Shown in pieces: positions 6,550-11,089 of a stretch of 11,089 nt of DNA (the first letter of the stretch is position 1; every line of letters starts with the position of its first letter). This stretch comes from Patescibacteria group bacterium (GTDB lineage: Bacteria; Patescibacteriota; Minisyncoccia; UBA6257; GWB1-50-10), in assembly GCA_038065455.1 (NCBI GenBank), contig JBBTQX010000007.1:40210-51298 (forward strand). The letters are read 5' to 3'. A model generated the notes under the pieces. The model saw only the letters and a program-made list of their open reading frames with translations. It was not told the origin of the DNA and searched no databases. The position numbers and the translations under genes were made by a program.

Positions 6550-9500
6550 ATGAAATTCGTTCACTTACACGTTCACTCTCACTATTCCCTTTTAGACGGA
6601 TTGGCAAAAATCGACCAGCTCATTACCCGAACGAAAGAACTCGGGATGGATTCGATTGCGCTCACGGACCACGGCAACCTTTACGGTACCGTGGAATTTT
6701 ATAAGAAGGCGAAGAAGGCCGGAATCAAACCGATTATCGGCGTTGAAACTTACATCGCGCCTTACGGCCACCTGAACAAGCGCCCGAAGATGGACGAAAA
6801 AAGATTCCATCTTATTCTGCTCGCAAAAAACGAAATCGGCTGGAAAAATCTTATCAAGCTTGTCACAATCGCGAACCTCGAAGGATTTTACTACAAGCCG
6901 CGCATCGACAAAGAACTTTTGGAAAAACACCGCGAAGGGCTTATCTGCCTTTCGGCCTGCTACTCGGGCGAAATCGGCAAACTCTTGGCCGCGAAAAATT
7001 ACGACGCGGCGGAAGAGGCCGCGGCTTGGTATAAAAATACTTTCGGCGAAGATTATTATCTGGAAATCCAGCCGCACGCGCCGGAATTCCACGAACCGAT
7101 TCTCAAAATTTCCAAAAAACTCGGCATCCCTGTTGTGGCGACGCAGGACATTCACTACGCGCAGAAAGATGACCGTACGGCGCACGAAGTTCTTCTCGCC
7201 GTCCAGACGAACAGTAAATTGGACGATGAGGACCGCTTGAGCCTAAAAAAATATGATCTCTCCGTCACCTCGCCCGAAGAGATGGCGGAAACTTTCAAGC
7301 ATATTCCGGAAGCTCTCGAAAATTCCGTGAAAATCGCCGAGAAGTGCAATTGGGAATTGGAACTCGGCAAAACCCGCATTCCGAAATTCCCCGTTCCTAA
7401 TGAAAAAACTCCCTACGAATATTTGGAATCCATCGTGAACGAAAAGCTTCATAACCGCTATCCGGTAAGGACTCCAGTCATCAATGAACGGACGATAATG
7501 GAGCTCGGCGTCATCAAAAAGACCGGTTTCGCCGATTACTTTCTCATCGTGCAGGATTTCGTGAACTGGGCGAGAGAGCACGGCATCGTGGTGGGCCCCG
7601 GCCGCGGCTCGGCGGCCGGCTCGATTATCGCCTATATATTAGGCATTACGAATATTGACCCCTTAAAATACGAATTGCTCTTCGAGCGCTTCCTGAATCC
7701 GGACCGCATCCAGGCGCCTGACATCGATATGGACTTCACCGACACCCGTCGGGACGAAGTGCTGGCCTACGTGCGGGAAAAATACGGCCACGACCGGGTG
7801 GCGCAGATAATCACCTTTGGAACTATGGCAGCCAAGGCCGCCGTGCGCGACGCCGGCCGGGCGATGGGTTTTCCCTACGGTTTTTGCGACCAAATTTCCA
7901 AACTGATACCGGCCAACGTCAATTCCAAAATGACCAGCCTAAAAAACGCGCTCGAGGGCATTCCCGAACTCAAGGAGATATATAAAAAGAACGCCGATGC
8001 AAAAAGAATCCTGGACGCCGCGCTGAAGCTCGAGGGCACGGCCCGGCACGCCTCCGTCCACGCCTGCGGCGTCGTCATCTCCGACGAACCGCTCACAGAA
8101 CTGATGCCGCTCCAAAAAGCGCCCCAGGGAGAAGACACAATTCTTACGCAGTTCGAAATGCACAGCGTGGAAGATATGGGACTTTTGAAAATGGATTTCT
8201 TGGGATTGAAAAACCTGACCATTATTGAAAAAACTCTCCGGCTGATAAAAGAAATCCGCAACGAGGATGTGGACATCGATAAGATTCCGCTCGATGACTC
8301 GGAAACTTTCAAACTCTTCCAGCGGGCGGATACGACCGGCATCTTCCAGCTGGAATCGACCGGCATCCGACATCATCTGAAAGATTTGAAGCCGAACTCG
8401 CTCGAGGATATCATCGTGATGATATCGCTCTACCGCCCCGGCCCGATGGAACTTATTCCGCAATATATCAACCGTAAGTTCGGCCGGGAAAAAGTTACTT
8501 ATCTTCACCCGAAACTCGAGCCCATTCTTTCCCAAACCTACGGCGTGGGCATCTATCAGGAACAGATGATGAGAATCGCGCGGGACTTGGGCGGCTTCAC
8601 GCTCGCCGAAGCCGATACGCTCCGCAAAGCCATCGGCAAAAAAATCAAATCGCTCTTGGATGAACAACAGGATCGGCTGGTCAAAGGAATGATAAAGAAC
8701 GGCATCAATCCAAAAACGGCCGCCGCCATTTGGGATCTCTTCCCGCCTTTCGCGCGCTACGGTTTTAACAGAAGTCACGCAGCTTGTTACGCGATGATCA
8801 GCTATGAGACGGCATATCTCAAGGCCCACTATCCGGTGGAATTTATGACGAGCTTATTGAACGTCTCCGGCACCGAGATCGAGCGCGTTAACTTCCTCAT
8901 CAACGAGGCTAAGCACTTGAACATCAAAGTGCTTCCGCCGGACATCAATCAGAGCTTTCAAGACTTCGCGGTGGATATGCCGAACATCCGCTTCGGCCTC
9001 CTAGCCGTGAAAAATGTCGGCGCGAATATCGTGGGCGTAATTATTGAGGAGCGCGGCAAGGGCGGCCCCTTTACCGATATGGCTAATTTTCTCACCCGCG
9101 TCCAACACCGCGACCTGAACAAAAAATCGTTGGAGAGCCTCATTAAGGCCGGCGCCTTCGATTCATTCAATCTGGAACGGGGGCAATTGCTCGCGAATAT
9201 CGAGGAACTCATCAAATTCAACCAAGCGACCCGCAAGAGCGCCCTTACCAATCAGAATTCCCTCTTCGGCTCGGTCTCGGCTTTCTCTTCTTTGCGGCTG
9301 AAGCCCGCGCCGCCGGCGGATAAGAAAACCAAAGCCGGCTGGGAAAAGGAGCTTCTGGGCCTTTATCTCACCGACCATCCGATGAACGGACACCAGGAAA
9401 AATTGAATGGTACGGCGAAAACGATTAAATTCGCTCTTTCCCTCCCCAAAAACGGCGAACGCTCTTTGAAATTCCGGCTCGCGGGCGTCGTGAGCGGCAT

Positions 9501-9708
9501 CCAAAAATTCATAACCAAAAAAGGCCAGCCGATGCTTTTTGTGACCTTGGAAGATCTGAACGATAATATGGAACTTTTGGTCTTCAACGACCTATTGAGC
9601 AAGACCGCCGACGCTTGGCAGGAGAACCAGGCGATCCTCGTGGACGGCTTTCTTTCGTGGAAGAACGGCGATACGAAGTTTATTTGCGACGAGGTTCGGG
9701 TGCTTTAG
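6550..9708 (+). CDS. dnaE: DNA polymerase III alpha subunit (DnaE), 1052 aa
   Basis: PHP domain (FVHLHVHSHYSLLDG, ALTDHGN), GPGRGSAAGS, LLFERFLNP, PDIDMD, KMDFLGL, YGFNRSHAACY, clamp-binding QNSLF and C-terminal OB fold. The start is placed at MKFVHLH (6550). Confidence 0.97.
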   Translation: MKFVHLHVHSHYSLLDGLAKIDQLITRTKELGMDSIALTDHGNLYGTVEFYKKAKKAGIKPIIGVETYIAPYGHLNKRPKMDEKRFHLILLAKNEIGWKNLIKLVTIANLEGFYYKPRIDKELLEKHREGLICLSACYSGEIGKLLAAKNYDAAEEAAAWYKNTFGEDYYLEIQPHAPEFHEPILKISKKLGIPVVATQDIHYAQKDDRTAHEVLLAVQTNSKLDDEDRLSLKKYDLSVTSPEEMAETFKHIPEALENSVKIAEKCNWELELGKTRIPKFPVPNEKTPYEYLESIVNEKLHNRYPVRTPVINERTIMELGVIKKTGFADYFLIVQDFVNWAREHGIVVGPGRGSAAGSIIAYILGITNIDPLKYELLFERFLNPDRIQAPDIDMDFTDTRRDEVLAYVREKYGHDRVAQIITFGTMAAKAAVRDAGRAMGFPYGFCDQISKLIPANVNSKMTSLKNALEGIPELKEIYKKNADAKRILDAALKLEGTARHASVHACGVVISDEPLTELMPLQKAPQGEDTILTQFEMHSVEDMGLLKMDFLGLKNLTIIEKTLRLIKEIRNEDVDIDKIPLDDSETFKLFQRADTTGIFQLESTGIRHHLKDLKPNSLEDIIVMISLYRPGPMELIPQYINRKFGREKVTYLHPKLEPILSQTYGVGIYQEQMMRIARDLGGFTLAEADTLRKAIGKKIKSLLDEQQDRLVKGMIKNGINPKTAAAIWDLFPPFARYGFNRSHAACYAMISYETAYLKAHYPVEFMTSLLNVSGTEIERVNFLINEAKHLNIKVLPPDINQSFQDFAVDMPNIRFGLLAVKNVGANIVGVIIEERGKGGPFTDMANFLTRVQHRDLNKKSLESLIKAGAFDSFNLERGQLLANIEELIKFNQATRKSALTNQNSLFGSVSAFSSLRLKPAPPADKKTKAGWEKELLGLYLTDHPMNGHQEKLNGTAKTIKFALSLPKNGERSLKFRLAGVVSGIQKFITKKGQPMLFVTLEDLNDNMELLVFNDLLSKTADAWQENQAILVDGFLSWKNGDTKFICDEVRVL

Positions 9709-9855
9709 ATATTTTCTTATATTCCCTTTAGCACCGGGTGTCGCTCGTCTCCTGCGGCCGAGCGCACCACTAAGCTCTCGGCGGAAAAATCCCTTGCGGG
9801 ATACCGAGCTTTTCCGCCTCCGAGATTTGCTTCAGGAAACATAAGAAAATATCTA
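9706..9855. repeat. 150-bp structured element with 15-bp perfect terminal inverted repeats (MITE-like element or ncRNA)
   Basis: TAGATATTTTCTTAT (9706-9720) and ATAAGAAAATATCTA (9841-9855) enclose two GC-rich hairpins (about 9728-9773 and 9776-9825). Confidence 0.65.
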
Positions 9856-9980
9856 TTTGGTAGTTTTATTATTTATTCTGCCTGCGAAACAAGCTTCCTC
9901 GAGAAGAATAATCGCTTTTACCTAGTGGCCTGACCCCCATATATTAGACACGAAGGTCGAAAGCAATATACCCTTGTGTC

Positions 9981-10238
9981 ATGAAGAAAACATACCGCAC
10001 CGCTCCTGAAGTGAAGGAGCAGATATTGAAGAGAATCAAGGAGGAAGGCATCCCGGTCATTCAAGCCGCGAAAGAACATGGTTTGAACCCTGCCACCATA
10101 TACAACTGGCTGGGCAGAGGCGTGAAAGGCACACCCACAATCGGCGAACTGGTCAAATTGAAGCGCCAGAACGATGAGCTCCTCGCTCTCGTGGGCGAGC
10201 TCACCCTCGCCTCCTCCCGAACTCAAAAAAAGCGTTGA
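9981..10238 (+). CDS. IS3-family transposase OrfA (HTH plus coiled coil)
   Basis: 85 aa; HTH-like 'VIQAAKEHGLNPATIYNW' followed by leucine-zipper-like 'ELVKLKRQNDELLALVGEL'. Confidence 0.88.
   Translation: MKKTYRTAPEVKEQILKRIKEEGIPVIQAAKEHGLNPATIYNWLGRGVKGTPTIGELVKLKRQNDELLALVGELTLASSRTQKKR
10226..10232 (+). promoter_or_regulatory. -1 programmed ribosomal frameshift site A_AAA_AAG
   Basis: orfA reads CAA AAA AAG CGT TGA; a -1 slip gives AAA GCG TTG ATC, in frame with orfB. This is the classical IS3-family heptamer. Confidence 0.8.
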
Positions 10239-10951
10239 TCAAAAAGCAGAAGAGGACGAAGCGGGAGCTGGCTCAATCTCTCGGCCTCTCCCGCGCTTCC
10301 CTCTGCTATATCTCGAAACAACTGCCCAAGGATTGGTCACTCAAGGAACGAATCATTCCCGTATTGAGAGACCGCCCTTCATATGGCTTCAGGAGAGTGG
10401 CGCTGGAGCTTCGTATCAACAAAAAAAGAGCTCAACGCGTGATGAAGCTCTTTGGAATGAAAGCATGCCGGAGGAGAGGCAAAAGACCAAGGAAGACGGG
10501 TCTTGCGAGCATCCTGTATCTCTCAACCGTGATGGATTTATTTGCCAGAGAAATCGCGGGTTGGGCCGTGATGAACACCCATTCGGTGCCTCTGGTCCTC
10601 CAGGCTCTCTTCTCCGCGGCGGAACATCATCCGAGACCAAATATCTTCCACTCGGACAACGGCAGAGAATACGGCTCCAGAATCTTCACAGGAGCGCTCT
10701 TGGGGTTCGGTATCCGGATATCCCGGTCAAAGAAGTCCTCTCCCTGGGAGAATGGATATCAGGAGTCCTTCTATTCGCAGTTCAAGGCGGATCTGGGAGA
10801 TCCGGAAAGATTCAAATCATTGGGAGAACTGGTCTATGAGATTCATCGCCTTGTCTGGGACTACAATCACCGGAGAATCCATTCCGCCCTCAAGATGCCG
10901 CCGGCGTTGTTCTCAAATCGCTACCAGAAACTCGTCAAAAAAGTGTCTTAA
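10235..10951 (+). pseudogene. IS3-family OrfB (rve integrase core), open frame but with an apparent in-frame deletion of the first DDE aspartate region
   Basis: YGFRRV..L, YLSTVMDLF, FHSDNGREY (2nd D), PWENGYQESF (E) and YNHRRIHSAL are present. The expected 'PN..W..D.TY' segment is absent between RKTGLASI and LYLSTV. Confidence 0.7.
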
Positions 10952-11034
10952 CTTTGGGGGTCTTTACAGAGAGAGTTCGGTGACGGCAATCCGTGAACGG
11001 CCGTTCATGAACCTAATCTCACTCTGAATTATAC

Positions 11035-11074
11035 AAAAATAAAGAAGCTATCCACAATGGAGTGAATAGCTTCT
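11035..11074 (-). terminator. Intrinsic terminator, probably for a minus-strand gene beyond the right edge
   Basis: Minus strand AGAAGCTATTCAC-TCCATT-GTGGATAGCTTCT followed by TTATTTTT; the stem is fully paired only on this strand (one G-U pair). Confidence 0.65.
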
Positions 11075-11089
11075 CAAAAATATAACGCA

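Larger units (their letters stand above)
9926..10968 (+). mobile_element. IS3-family insertion sequence, 1043 bp, probably defective
   Basis: 5'-TG...CA-3' ends; imperfect 26-bp IRs TGGCCTGACCCCCATATATTAGACAC (9926-9951) versus TGTAAAGACCCCCAAAGTTAAGACAC (reverse complement of 10943-10968), 18/26 identical; orfA and orfB in the -1 arrangement. No clear target-site duplication. Confidence 0.9.

Noticed and set aside
5861-9602. Alternative-frame and antisense ORFs within rnhB and dnaE (for example 7939-8829, 296 aa)
   Set aside because: Typical shadows of codon-biased genes; no independent evidence.
6550-9708. Intein or split dnaE
   Set aside because: The ORF is continuous, of normal length, and the usual insertion regions show no extra sequence.
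9918-11027. ORFs 9918-10226, 10174-10839, 10416-10640 and 10752-11027
   Set aside because: Alternative frames of the IS with no motifs; orfA and orfB explain the region.
1-11089. CRISPR array or long tandem repeats
   Set aside because: No regularly spaced direct repeats were seen.

Overview
Gene-dense bacterial chromosome segment. Its compact style (N-terminally shortened RF2, leaderless-looking starts, DnaE ending after the OB fold) suggests a reduced genome such as a CPR/Patescibacteria lineage; this is inference. The minus strand carries one tightly packed run: promoter, HNH endonuclease, tRNA-Thr(CGT), HExxH (zincin-like) protein, short prfB, ftsE, ftsX, dus. Divergent from it is the RNase P RNA gene (rnpB) with consensus -35/-10 boxes and a terminator. 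Next come an internally deleted nucleotidyltransferase-like pseudogene, a perfect 26-bp palindrome, rnhB (-) divergent from dnaE (+), a 150-bp multi-hairpin element whose 15-bp terminal inverted repeat supplies the dnaE stop codon, and an IS3-family element with a -1 frameshift site that lacks its first catalytic Asp. Most notable: the HNH ORF fills the whole pre-tRNA 5' leader (0-nt gap to tRNA position 1) while the tRNA acceptor stem offers a Shine-Dalgarno sequence to the next gene; the RNase P RNA uses four tandem-GA/GNRA hairpins, two of them a near-identical duplication; and the 150-bp structured element is unexplained.
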